64,000 nucleotides of DNA from Octopus sinensis (Eukaryota). Where the stretch lies: the NCBI RefSeq assembly GCF_006345805.1, contig NC_042998.1, positions 57,536,001 through 57,600,000 of the forward strand. The letters run 5' to 3'. Position 1 is the first letter of the stretch; each line of letters opens with the position of its first letter. Below, one piece after another: positions 13,623 through 23,675 of this stretch. The notes under the pieces are model-generated. The model made no database searches. It was not told the origin of the DNA and worked only from the letters and a program-made list of their open reading frames with translations. Both the position numbers and the translations under genes were made by a program.

Positions 13623-13626
<4 letters not shown>
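13408..13626 (+). mobile_element. Short hammerhead-bearing pLTR-like element
   Basis: ~220-bp pyrimidine-rich unit between (TA)n and (CATA)n. Shares layout (pyrimidine tract, hammerhead, TTCCTGAGYGT..ATACT, T-rich end) with the reverse complement of 18475-18678. Confidence 0.5.
13479..13513 (+). ncRNA. Minimal Penelope-type hammerhead motif
   Basis: GUUU-CUGACGA-A-GAGC-UCC-GCUC-GAA-A-CG-U-U-AAAU. Core intact, stem II 4 bp, stem III reduced to palindromic ACGU, stem I weak. Confidence 0.6.
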
Positions 13627-13654
<28 letters not shown>

Positions 13655-14624
13655 CATACATACATACATACATACAAACATACATACATACATACATACA
13701 TACATACATACATACATACATACACTCATAGATATATGTACATATAGAAAAACATAACCAATGTGATAAGCATAAACTTATTTAGAAAAGGAAGTTAGGA
13801 GTCTGAGGAGGAGAAGCCCCCTCCTAGAAGTGGATCAAGATCAAAGTTTATCTGCATACATTTAAAAGGATAGATGTATGGATAAACCTATGAAAAGAAG
13901 TAAAAAGAAAACATGTAAAAATATATTTTTAATGGCGATACATTTAAATGTGACAGAATCCACGACAATGAGAGAGAGAGGGAGAGAGAGAGAGAGAGAA
14001 AGAAAGAGAGAGAGAGAGAAAGAAAGGGGAGAGGATGAAGAGAAACAGAAATTGAAAGTGTTTATGTAGGTCAATAAAGTTTGTTCTACATAAGGAACAA
14101 TTACCAAGCCAAAAGGAAGCAGGATGAAAGATGGGAGATGTTGCAGATAACAGCTTGTGTGCTTTAAATGTTTCACAATTTAGTACAAGGCCAGTAGTTT
14201 TTAGTGGGATGGAGTTTGTCGATTACATGGACTCAAGGATATGATTGGTACTTTTTTTTTTATCGACTCCGAAACGACGAAAGACAGTTGGTCTCGATAG
14301 CATTTGATATCGGAACGCAAAAAAGAAAAAAACGGAAGAAATTCTGCAACGTATTTTGTTCGACGCTTTAGCGATTCTACTTGTCCACCATGTTAATAAC
14401 AATTCTTTCTACTATAGACGCAAGGCATAAAATAGGTGGGGAGGAGCAAGTCGAATTACACTGACCTCAGTGCTCGGCTGGTACTTGTTTTATCGACCTC
14501 TTAAGGATGGATGGCATCTGTGGAATTTGAATACAGAATGTAAAGCCCGAAGAAACGGAACTAAGCAGTTTGTCCTGTGTGCTAACAATTCTACCAGCTC
14601 ACCGTCTTTCTAACAACAACAACA

Positions 14625-14655
<31 letters not shown>

Positions 14656-14657
14656 CG

Positions 14658-14700
<43 letters not shown>

Positions 14701-14770
14701 CCGTAATAATGTATATAACACTGTAATAGAACAACTTACAGTAACTAAGAAAAAAGAAAAGATGGCCAAA

Positions 14771-15277
14771 TCAATATCTATAAAGCTGAAGTGCGAAAAA
14801 GTTGTTTGTCTCATTTTGGGATGGGAACGTTTTAAATGGGGTCGAATTGGCACCAAAATTTACACTGGGGGGTAAAATGGGGTGGGCAATGGTGTGAGGA
14901 GGGTTGCAAGTCGCTCGGGGCTACCGTTTGGTTGCCATGGTGAGGAATATGGGGAAAATTGAGTTTTATGGGATAGACAGGTTGCGCTGTTTGAATAATG
15001 GTGGCTTTTCGTGTTGCTGCAGGGGCTAGAGGTGCTTATCTTTAATTGTGGGTGTAAAAATTTGGGGACATCAGCTATGGAGACGATAAGGAGAAAAGAA
15101 AGAGTGGAAGAAGAGAAAAAAGAAAAAGAAGATAAAGACGGAGAAGAAGAAAAAGAGGAGGGCATTAAAAGGAACCAGGCAAAGAAGAAGAAAAAAAGAA
15201 GAAAGGGAAAAAGAGACAACACGTACAAAACAACGACATCACCAAAACACGAGCGAAGCACGGGTCAAAATAGCTAG
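14771..15277 (+). mobile_element. Non-autonomous Helitron-like element
   Basis: A|TC 5' end with TCTATAAAG; 3' GC-rich remnant ACGAGCGAAGCACGGG followed by CTAG|T; internal GA-rich low-complexity tract. Confidence 0.55.
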
Positions 15278-15764
15278 TAATTTTATAAAGATGAATTAAC
15301 ATCCAACAAATTCTAATTAAGAAGTATATAAATGCGTTAAAATAAGTTAAACAGATAAACAAAATAAGATCGATGATTCTAGATTATTGAAGCTAATCAG
15401 GAGTCTATAAAAAATGATATCCCTGTAAAATTACCAACTATCTTCTCTTTCACTTGGTTGCTAGATTTTTCACGCATCGCTCTACAAAATTGATTATTGG
15501 GAATAATGAACGTCAAAAAATATAACTTCTGCAGGATCTTCTTGCTTCACTAATTTTCTTTGTATTTTTATATATCGCTCTTGCATAATTTACTAAGTCT
15601 TAGGTGATTCGGTTAATAATATGCACATACACGCACCCCCCACACACACTCACATATATATATATATATATATAATATATATATATAATATTATATATAT
15701 ATATATATATATATGATAAATACGTATGTTAATTATCAGTACTTTCAAATTTAAAATTTGAAAT

Positions 15765-15847
15765 ACTGTACTCATGAAGGGAATGAGTGAGTAGAAATAT
15801 GATTTTACATTTTTTACATCTCTCTAACACCGAAACGCGTTTACAGT
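15765..15847 (+). ncRNA. Minimal Penelope-type hammerhead fold with a G5C core mutation (probably inactive)
   Basis: ACUGUA-CUCAUGA-A-GG[long stem II]CC-GAA-A-CGCG-U-U-UACAGU. Perfect 6-bp stem I and palindromic minimal stem III; core is CUCAUGA instead of CUGAUGA. Confidence 0.65.
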
Positions 15848-16722
15848 TAATCAGAGCCGAGTGGATTCGTTATTTTTTTCTCTTTACCTACGTGAGTTGT
15901 TGAGTATTGCTGTCTGGCTTATGGTAGTCGAATTGTATTTTAACTGCTATTTCTAAATTTCGGTATGTGGTGAAGCAAATCTTGCTGAACCCTAATTATA
16001 ATTATGCTCATAACTATACAATTTTTGTATGTATGTATATATATATATATATGTATGTATATATATATATGTATATATATAGATATATATATATATATAT
16101 ACATGTGTGTGTGTCTGTGTGTCTGTGAGTGTGTGCGCGTGTGCGCGCATTTGCGTGTGTGTGTATATAAAGCAGATGATATTGTCAATAACTTGCGATG
16201 TAACATATGTGGATCAATGGTTTTCATGAACCAGAACTTGTCAAGCATAACAGGATTTTAATAACTGAATATATATGCACACATATATATCGAGCAAATG
16301 TTTATTACACATACCTGGTGGGTGACAACTCGTGACTGAGTAAGACCATTTTCTAAGCTCAGCAGGTCTGAGCAAACGTTCCCCGATATCTAAGAAGTTC
16401 CTGTGCGTGAATATGTCACCCAAAAGTATATATGTATATATCACGTGATCACGTGACCGACCAGGCTATCAGCTGTTGCTACACATCGCTGGTCACAATG
16501 CGCTTCGCATTGTTTTAGCCTTCAAATGACGCCACCCCGCTGGCTAAGCGAGCAGGCCTATATATATATATAATACTAATATATAGATACATACATATAT
16601 CATACATAAATACATATATATATATGTATATATTATGTGTGTGTGTGTGTGGTGGTGTGCGTGTGTGTGTGTGCGTGTGTTGTGTGCGTGGGTGTGTGTG
16701 GTGTGTGTGTTGTGTGGTGTGT

Positions 16723-16778
<56 letters not shown>

Positions 16779-16804
16779 TAACTATTTGGACTTTGAGTAT
16801 ATCT

Positions 16805-17142
16805 TTAGTAGTATACCGAATGCGGAATTATCGTTTTCAGTCGTGTTTATTTGTTTGTCCACGGACAAGATATCTGAAGAACCGTTGGATAGATTCGATA
16901 TTAGGTCTCTTGACTAGCACGGACTGATTAGATTTTAGGATCGATCCGATATCGGACAAAGATTCTGAATTATTTTTCATATTCTTTTATTTAATTTTTG
17001 GATTCACTTTTAGTATTCACGTTTGTGAGAGCAGTCGAGTCTATTTCAGATAATCCCATTTTAAAAATCATCTCTGGTTAATCGTTGAGAGGACGTTCTT
17101 GTTGCATTGTCGGAGGTTTGCGCTCTCCGAGTGCTCTTGTTT
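16805..17142 (+). mobile_element. Helentron-associated (HINE/DINE-1-like) non-autonomous element
   Basis: gtttatttgtttgtcc short repeats near the 5' end, central gattagattt..ggatcgatcc, 3' GGAGGT followed by hairpin GCGCTC-TCC-GAGTGC and a T-rich end. Confidence 0.5.
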
Positions 17143-17599
17143 TAAATAAGACACTTCGCTACTGAATTTCTCTTGGTTTGTCGTGGTCGCCTGTAGGATG
17201 TTGGCTATACTGACAGAGTATGGAAGCGTTTTCGGGGTTTTAACAGATAGATAGGTCTGCCTCTTAAAACGAGGCACCTGATGAGATGCAGCCTATACTG
17301 ATGGATGCAACACAACTAGCTGCATTATATCCCACTCGTAAGTGACAAATGCAGGATGGGTCAAAACGATCGTTGTGTTAAATAAAGATCCTTGCCATTT
17401 TCCGTTATAATGGGTTTTTTTTATTTCATATAAAAGGAAAAAAAAACTCGACATATAGTTCATTACATGATTGACATATATTAAGGTAGAAGAAAGAAGT
17501 ATTTTTTAAAATGTGTATGAAAAAGAGGCAGATATCATGATAATAATAATAATAATAATAATAATATATATATATATGCATACATATATATATACATAT

Positions 17600-17648
<49 letters not shown>

Positions 17649-17780
17649 GCAGCAGCATCGAACTCCCTTGTTGATCAAGTGCCACGTATCAGAGGTGGAT
17701 TCACAAATTAGTGTAGCTCATTCAGCGGTGATGCCCCAGCATGGCCGCGGCCTTCGGGCTAAAACATTTTAAGGATTTAA

Positions 17781-17828
<48 letters not shown>

Positions 17829-17843
17829 TTATTTTATAGAAGG

Positions 17844-17894
17844 AGCTTCTACAGGACTAGAACTGTTTCATTCAAATGAAATCATCAGGAAGCT
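17844..17894 (-). ncRNA. Mirror-image type I hammerhead ribozyme (left arm of palindrome)
   Basis: Exact reverse complement of 17891-17941; the two folds overlap at the AAGCTT palindrome centre. Confidence 0.7.
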
Positions 17895-17941
17895 TCCTGA
17901 TGATTTCATTTGAATGAAACAGTTCTAGTCCTGTAGAAGCT
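17891..17941 (+). ncRNA. Type I hammerhead ribozyme (right arm of palindrome)
   Basis: AGCUUC-CUGAUGA-U-UUC-AUUU-GAA-U-GAA-ACAG-UUCUAGUC-CUGU-A-GAAGCU. 6-bp stem I, intact core, 4-bp stem III, GUA site. The first stem II pair is U.U. Confidence 0.75.
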
Positions 17942-18023
17942 CCTTCTATAAAATAAATTAATTTACTCTGCTATGTATTGAGTACCTTATTTACTGTGGT
18001 TAACCCCGACTCAACCCGGGACC

Positions 18024-18061
<38 letters not shown>

Positions 18062-18474
18062 CCTAAGGATACAAGTACATAAACATAGCCACACAGGTTC
18101 ACATACATACATGCACACACATAGAAGATATCCATACTCAAAATATCTAAGAATGTGATAAGAACATAAATAAATGAATAAATAAATATATAAACGCATT
18201 TGCATTGTTTTTCGAAAAGTACGTGTGCATTGAATCCAATTTTGTAATAAATCTATTTCTGATTCAACACTTTTTCTCCAGATTTTTATACTTCTTTATA
18301 ACGAAACCCCTCAAATATTATTTTCATATTCTTATTACTTGCTCTGGCTGTTTTTTTATGAATATGATTAATCTTTATTGAAAATCATTTTTTCTCTCTT
18401 TTTGGATTCCCACAAAAGTTTGAATTGTACTTTTTGAACTCACTTTTTCTCATATATATATATATATATATATA

Positions 18475-18678
18475 GGGAGAGTTCACGAAAAAAAAATACA
18501 ACAAAAGACGAAGACAGGTGGTGTACAAAACAAACAGTATAACACTCAGGAATTGAAAAAGTCTTTTACGTTCCGAGCCTACGCTCTTCTACAGAAAGGG
18601 ACACAGAAAAAAAAAAAACAAGGAGAGAAACAAGGAGAGAAAAAATGTGTGAAATGGCTACTGATCTATGATGGCGAT
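18475..18678 (-). mobile_element. Short hammerhead-bearing pLTR-like element
   Basis: Lies between (TA)n and (CA)n. Homologous to 39128-39280 (caaaagacg..gac, aacactc.gga, cttttac, cctacgctcttc.acagaaag). Confidence 0.55.
18563..18598 (-). ncRNA. Variant minimal hammerhead motif (core substitutions)
   Basis: Minus strand CUUU-CUGUAGA-A-GAGC-GUAG-GCUC-GGA-A-CG-U-A-AAAG. Same architecture as 13479-13513 but with A6U and A13G. Confidence 0.5.
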
Positions 18679-18699
18679 ATATACATACATACACACACA

Positions 18700-18734
<35 letters not shown>

Positions 18735-18744
18735 CATATATATA

Positions 18745-19120
18745 TATATATATATAAACGGCAGTTTGTCTGTGCGTGTTTCTGTGTGTCTGTTTTCTTG
18801 TACCCTCACCCTGACCACGGCTTTCAACCGATTCTGATGAAAACTTGACACACACATAGCCCAATGTCATAATTCAAAACTAACGCAGCGAAAATTTTGA
18901 AAAGTTCCCCCAGTTCTGAAAAATTGATAATTCGACATGGGGTCGAGAATTAGAAACACAAACCGCAAACTGTCTAGGGGACGCAACTCCACCTTTTTTA
19001 ACTAAAAAAAATTACCATCATTTTTTTCCATCTTTTTGCTATTTTTTGGCTATAACTCTCTAAAAATGCTTTATTGTTATTTCACTTACAAACCTGAGCA
19101 ACGCCGGGCGATACTGCTAG
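18745..19120 (+). mobile_element. Non-autonomous Helitron-like element
   Basis: TATATAAA start, GTCTGT-type repeats, ccgattctgatgaaa core, 3' CCTGAGCAACGCCGGG then CTAG|T; inserted in (TA)n. Confidence 0.65.
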
Positions 19121-19554
19121 TATATATATAAAATAGGGGGATAATAAATTATTATCTCGGTAAAATGCAATTGTTTTGCTCGTGTTCTGAATTATGAAAT
19201 TATAATTTTTATTGCAACACGTTCCTAAATGAGTGTTTAACACGGATCAAATTGAACGTCCGTGAACAGCTGCTGGAGTATTCACGTGCGTTCCGATAAT
19301 AAGATTTCGGTGTGGCCAGTATACATTTATCTGTTTTGTTTTTACATTTTGGCAATTTGAGACTTGCCAACTTTCTACTCTTATCAGTTTTGATCCAAAA
19401 ACCAAGCAAATTTTTCTGCGTACCGAAAACAAGTCGAAAAGAATTCATACTACAGTGGAAAAACAAAGTTGTGAATATGTTACATTGGCAAAACCAAAAG
19501 ATCTAAAGCTGAAATCTAAATCTTGTGAACACAATTTTAGCTGTTAAACTGATA

Positions 19555-19599
<45 letters not shown>

Positions 19600-19779
19600 T
19601 ATATATATAATGTATGTATATATATGCGGTGGAAAAAGTGTTATCACACCGGGCAAAATGCTTAGTGACATGTTACTCCGTCTTCAAATGTAGTTCAAAT
19701 GTAGCCAATTTCTAATTAATGATTTGACTCAAGTTCGTTCTTATTTATGTGGGTAGCGGGTTACTGTATGCAGCCTTAG

Positions 19780-20090
19780 GTAACCACAATCTTTCAATAG
19801 TCTTTCAAGCGTTGAATACCCTCCTCATAATCTTTCCTGTTACTAAGAGGGAAGCTCTACAAGACATTCTATTCCTATCTCCTTCAACCTATTCTGTAAC
19901 TTTACCTAATGCACCAATTATTACAGGCAAAATTGTTACAGATTGCATATTCTCCAAATTCTTGTAATTTCAAATCGTAAGGGATTCTGTTCTCTGTTTC
20001 TTTCATCCTCTTTCTTTACAAACAAACATAATGGATCAATTAGTGAGCAACTTCGTTTTTCTTTGTCTATCATTGTTATGTCTGCTCTAT
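19780..20090 (-). mobile_element. Older R4/Dong-like RLE-domain remnant
   Basis: ADITMIDKEKRSCSLID and LPVIIGALG align with PDIVVKDQNNKVCLLID and IPVIVGALG of the adjacent younger element. Confidence 0.65.
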
Positions 20091-20237
20091 TTTCTTCTTC
20101 TTCTTCTTCTTCTTCTTTTCTTCTTCTTCTTCTTCTTCTTCTTCTTCTTCTTCTTCTCCTCTTCTCCTCCTCCTCCTCTCCTCCTCCTCCTCCTCCTCCT
20201 CCTCCTCCTCTCATTGTTATTATTATTATTATTATTA

Positions 20238-22042
20238 CTTTTTTTTCTTCTTTCAAATTTGCTTCCATTTCTTGCCGAGTGTTTTCCCGACTCCTAGGGC
20301 AAAGAAACTCATAGTATACATTGGTAGTCCATTAAACCAAACTTAATAGTTCGTTCATTTTTTTTTAAAGTTAAATTAAAATACATGAGCAGCAACAGTT
20401 CTCACATCGACAATGCTCTTCTCAATACGTGTGATGTACCAGTTAAGACAATCTTTTGCACTTCTTGCAGGGTTGGTAAGCCAGGGATCATTCTCATATA
20501 ATTTTCGGTTCCCTTCTTGATCATTCCTAGTGCTCCTACGATCACTGGTATTGTAACCGCCTTGAGATGCCACATTTTCTCAATTTCAATGAGTAGGTCT
20601 TTATATTTTCTGAGCTTGTCAAACTCTTTCGCTGAGATATTATGATCACAGGGGATGCTCATGTCGATCAATAAGCAAACTTTATTATTTTGGTCTTTCA
20701 CAACAATATCTGGTTTATTGGCCTTGATGGTTCGGTCTGTATGTACTGGAAAGTCCCACAGAATAGTTACATTTTCTCCTTCAGTTACAGCCTCAGGGTG
20801 GTGATTATACCACTTGTCGGCAGTTTTGATATTGTAATGCCGACTTATTAGCCAGTGGAGATATTGGCCAACTCTGTCATGTCTTAATTTATACTCCACT
20901 GGTGCTAAGACTTTACATCCAGAGATTAGGTGGTCCACTGTTTCAATCATGTCATTGCAGAATCGGCATTTTGGGTCTGCTCCATTTTTCATCACATTGG
21001 CCTGGTAGTTCCGGGTTAATAGGCTTTGATCTTGAGCAGCCAGGATGAAACCTTCGCTCTCTGCTTTTAGCCCTGAGCTCCGTAGCCACTGATGGGTTTG
21101 CTTCTGGTCAACATCAGCTTGTTTGCTGCGGGTCACATATTTGCCGTGCAGAGGTTTCTCCTCCCACCTATCAGCCAATTGCTCGTGCGCTTTTTTCATT
21201 GCCATCATTTTCACCTTCTTTGCAACAATAGTTGCCGTACTTCCCTCGGGTGTTCAGTTTGGGTATCCTGCACGAGATCAATAGCAAATTTTTTGCTTTC
21301 CTTTATGATAGAATGAAGCTTCTTTCGTCTCTCGTGATTTTCCACGAGCTTTAGCATCCAGTCATTCGATAATTCGAGATATTTGGCCAGTCCAATTGTG
21401 GTTGTTTTGTAAGCTAGTTCAAATTGGATCAGGCCTCGACCTCTTTGGGCTCTGGGAAGGTAAAGGCGATCTACGTCTGCCTTTGGGTGGTGCATCCTAT
21501 TACAACTCAGCAGCTTGCGTATTTTCCTATCTATATTCTTTACTTCACTCATATTCCAGTTCAACACATTGTAGCTATAAGTAACAACTGGAACTGCTAA
21601 GGAATTTATAGCTAACACCTTGTTACGTGCATTTAGTTCAGATTTCAGGACTGCACAAACTCTCCTATAACATTCCTTCCTGATCTTCTGTTTCATGCTT
21701 GCATGCTGAATACCAGAGCCTTCATTTATCCCTAAATATTTGTATGTTTGTTCTTGCTCAAGCTCCCTTATGACTGTGTCAACATCTAACACGACTGAAT
21801 TTGTGGTCTTCACTTTCCCTTTCTGGAAAGTGGCCTTGGCACACTTCTCAAGTCCAAACTCCATCCCGATGTCATCGCTGAGTGCTTTCACGGTGCGCAA
21901 TAGGCCTTCAAGTTCATTATTGTCTTTACCATAAAGTTTTAAGTCATCCATATAAAATAGATGGCTTATTTTTTATTGGCAATTTTATACCCATACCCTG
22001 TTCTGTTTAATTCACTTGTAAGGGGTATTAGGGCTATGCAGA

Positions 22043-22043
<1 letters not shown>
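20238..22043 (-). mobile_element. 5'-truncated R4/Dong-clade non-LTR retrotransposon (RT C-terminus, CCHC knuckle, restriction-like endonuclease)
   Basis: YMDDLKLY RT motif; CRFC..ETVDHLISGC zinc knuckle; RHD and PDIVV..LID..K..KY RLE motifs. One frameshift near 21240. A-rich 3' end runs into (TAA)n; (TAA)n also at the truncated 5' end. Confidence 0.9.
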
Positions 22044-22090
<47 letters not shown>

Positions 22091-22139
22091 CATCATCATC
22101 ATTATTATTATTATTATATTATTATTATTATTATTATTA

Positions 22140-22173
<34 letters not shown>

Positions 22174-22818
22174 GTTATCATTATTATTATTATCATCATC
22201 ATCATCATCATCATCACCGATGAAACATCTACCGGTTGAGTGCTGGGATCGATGTAATCGACGTACTCCTCAACTGAGATTGCTGACCTTGCATCAAATC
22301 TTTGAAACCAATGTATATCTATACATACTTAAATATAAGCGCATGAGTGGCTGTGTGGTAGGAAGCTTGCTTCGCAGCTACATCCTTCCGTGTTCAGTCT
22401 CTCTGTGTGGCACTTTGGGCAAGTGCCTTCTACTATAGCCATGGATCGACCAAAGCCTTGTGAGTGGATTTGGTAGACGGAAATTATATTATATATATAT
22501 ATATAATTTTAAATCTCCAAAATAATACCTGAGGCCTTGGAAGTTCTGGTTTTGAAAATGTCCATGTCACACCGGCGAAAGTCTTCCTAGGCCAAATGAT
22601 TAGGGTAGTGTAGTGCAATCTACACCCAGTAAAAATAATTCATCTGCACAGGGACTTCTTGTACACCAAATCTTAGTAACATCATTGAATTGGTTAGTCT
22701 GTAGAAACCAAAAAATGCACTTGTAACTTACTCTAGAATGTCTCAAACAGATTCTCTAAATGGCAAAAAAGGTTTGGAAATGTCAGGAGAATAGGTCTCG
22801 CTCAGCAGGTGTCCCAGT

Positions 22819-23200
22819 GTGTCACAGGCTGCTCCCGGTCGTCATCCTGCCACTGTGGTCAAACAATCTTCAAGAACAAGTACAAATAAGCAACCTCTGA
22901 ATTTTGGCTGTTGGAAGGTGTGCACACTTCTAGATGATAATTTCAACAAGAGGCGAGAAAGGCGTACTGCACTTATTTCATGTGAGCTTAAAAAATATTC
23001 TCTTGATATAGTTGCACTTTCTGAAACCCGATTGTCTTGTGATGACCGAACAAATGAACCTACTTATGGATATACTATATTTTGGAGAGGCCTACCTGAA
23101 GGTCAGTGTAGAGAATCTCGTGTTGGGTTTGTTCTCAAGAATTCATTTGTATCCTCCATTGCAGAATTTCCAAGTGGTATATCTTGAACGAACCATGTAA
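22819..23200 (+). mobile_element. RTE-clade (BovB-like) LINE 5' fragment, APE endonuclease
   Basis: LNFGCWKVCTLLD..RRERRTALISCELKKYSLDIVALSETRL..GYTIFWRG..RESRVGF is the characteristic RTE APE N-terminus. Confidence 0.85.
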
Positions 23201-23565
23201 TGAGGATATAAATATCCTCTTGGAGGCATATTTTCATCGAAGACACACTGGTTTAATATATTATCGTAAAATATCAAATATTACTATCGAATTATAAAAC
23301 AGAGAGATCTAATGGATACAAATTAATTGATTTATTGGTTAACATAATCTTCTACAATTTGTTTCATTTCACAAAGAAAATTAAAATAACAAAAGATAAA
23401 TACATAATTTTCGATTTCAAAAACCTTGTATGGAAAATCATCAAAGTGTACAAAGGACAATACAAGGATGACATTATGATCCATTTCGAACACTAGGAAT
23501 ATATAGTCATGTTAATTATGAGTGTGTATATGTGTGTGTGTGTGCGCCCACATACACACACACAT

Positions 23566-23601
<36 letters not shown>

Positions 23602-23675
23602 TATACACTTGTGTGTATATATCTTGCTAGATATATATGCACACATGCAAACATACATGCATGTATATACATATA

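Larger units (their letters stand above)
17827..17958. repeat. Perfect 132-bp spacerless palindrome
   Basis: 66-bp arms, exactly complementary around the centre GGAAG|CTTCC (17892/17893). Confidence 0.95.

Noticed and set aside
14931-14944. RFX X-box-like GTTGCCATGGTGAG
   Set aside because: Imperfect second half-site, inside a Helitron-like repeat, far from any supported promoter.
16340-16372. Minus-strand AGAC-CTGCTGA-GCTTA-GAAAATG-GTCT hammerhead-like string
   Set aside because: Core substituted, stem II absent and cleavage position is G; too degenerate to call.
23200-23245. GAGGATAT-AA-ATATCCTC hairpin after the RTE fragment
   Set aside because: No complete ribozyme core; a short AT-rich hairpin can arise by chance.
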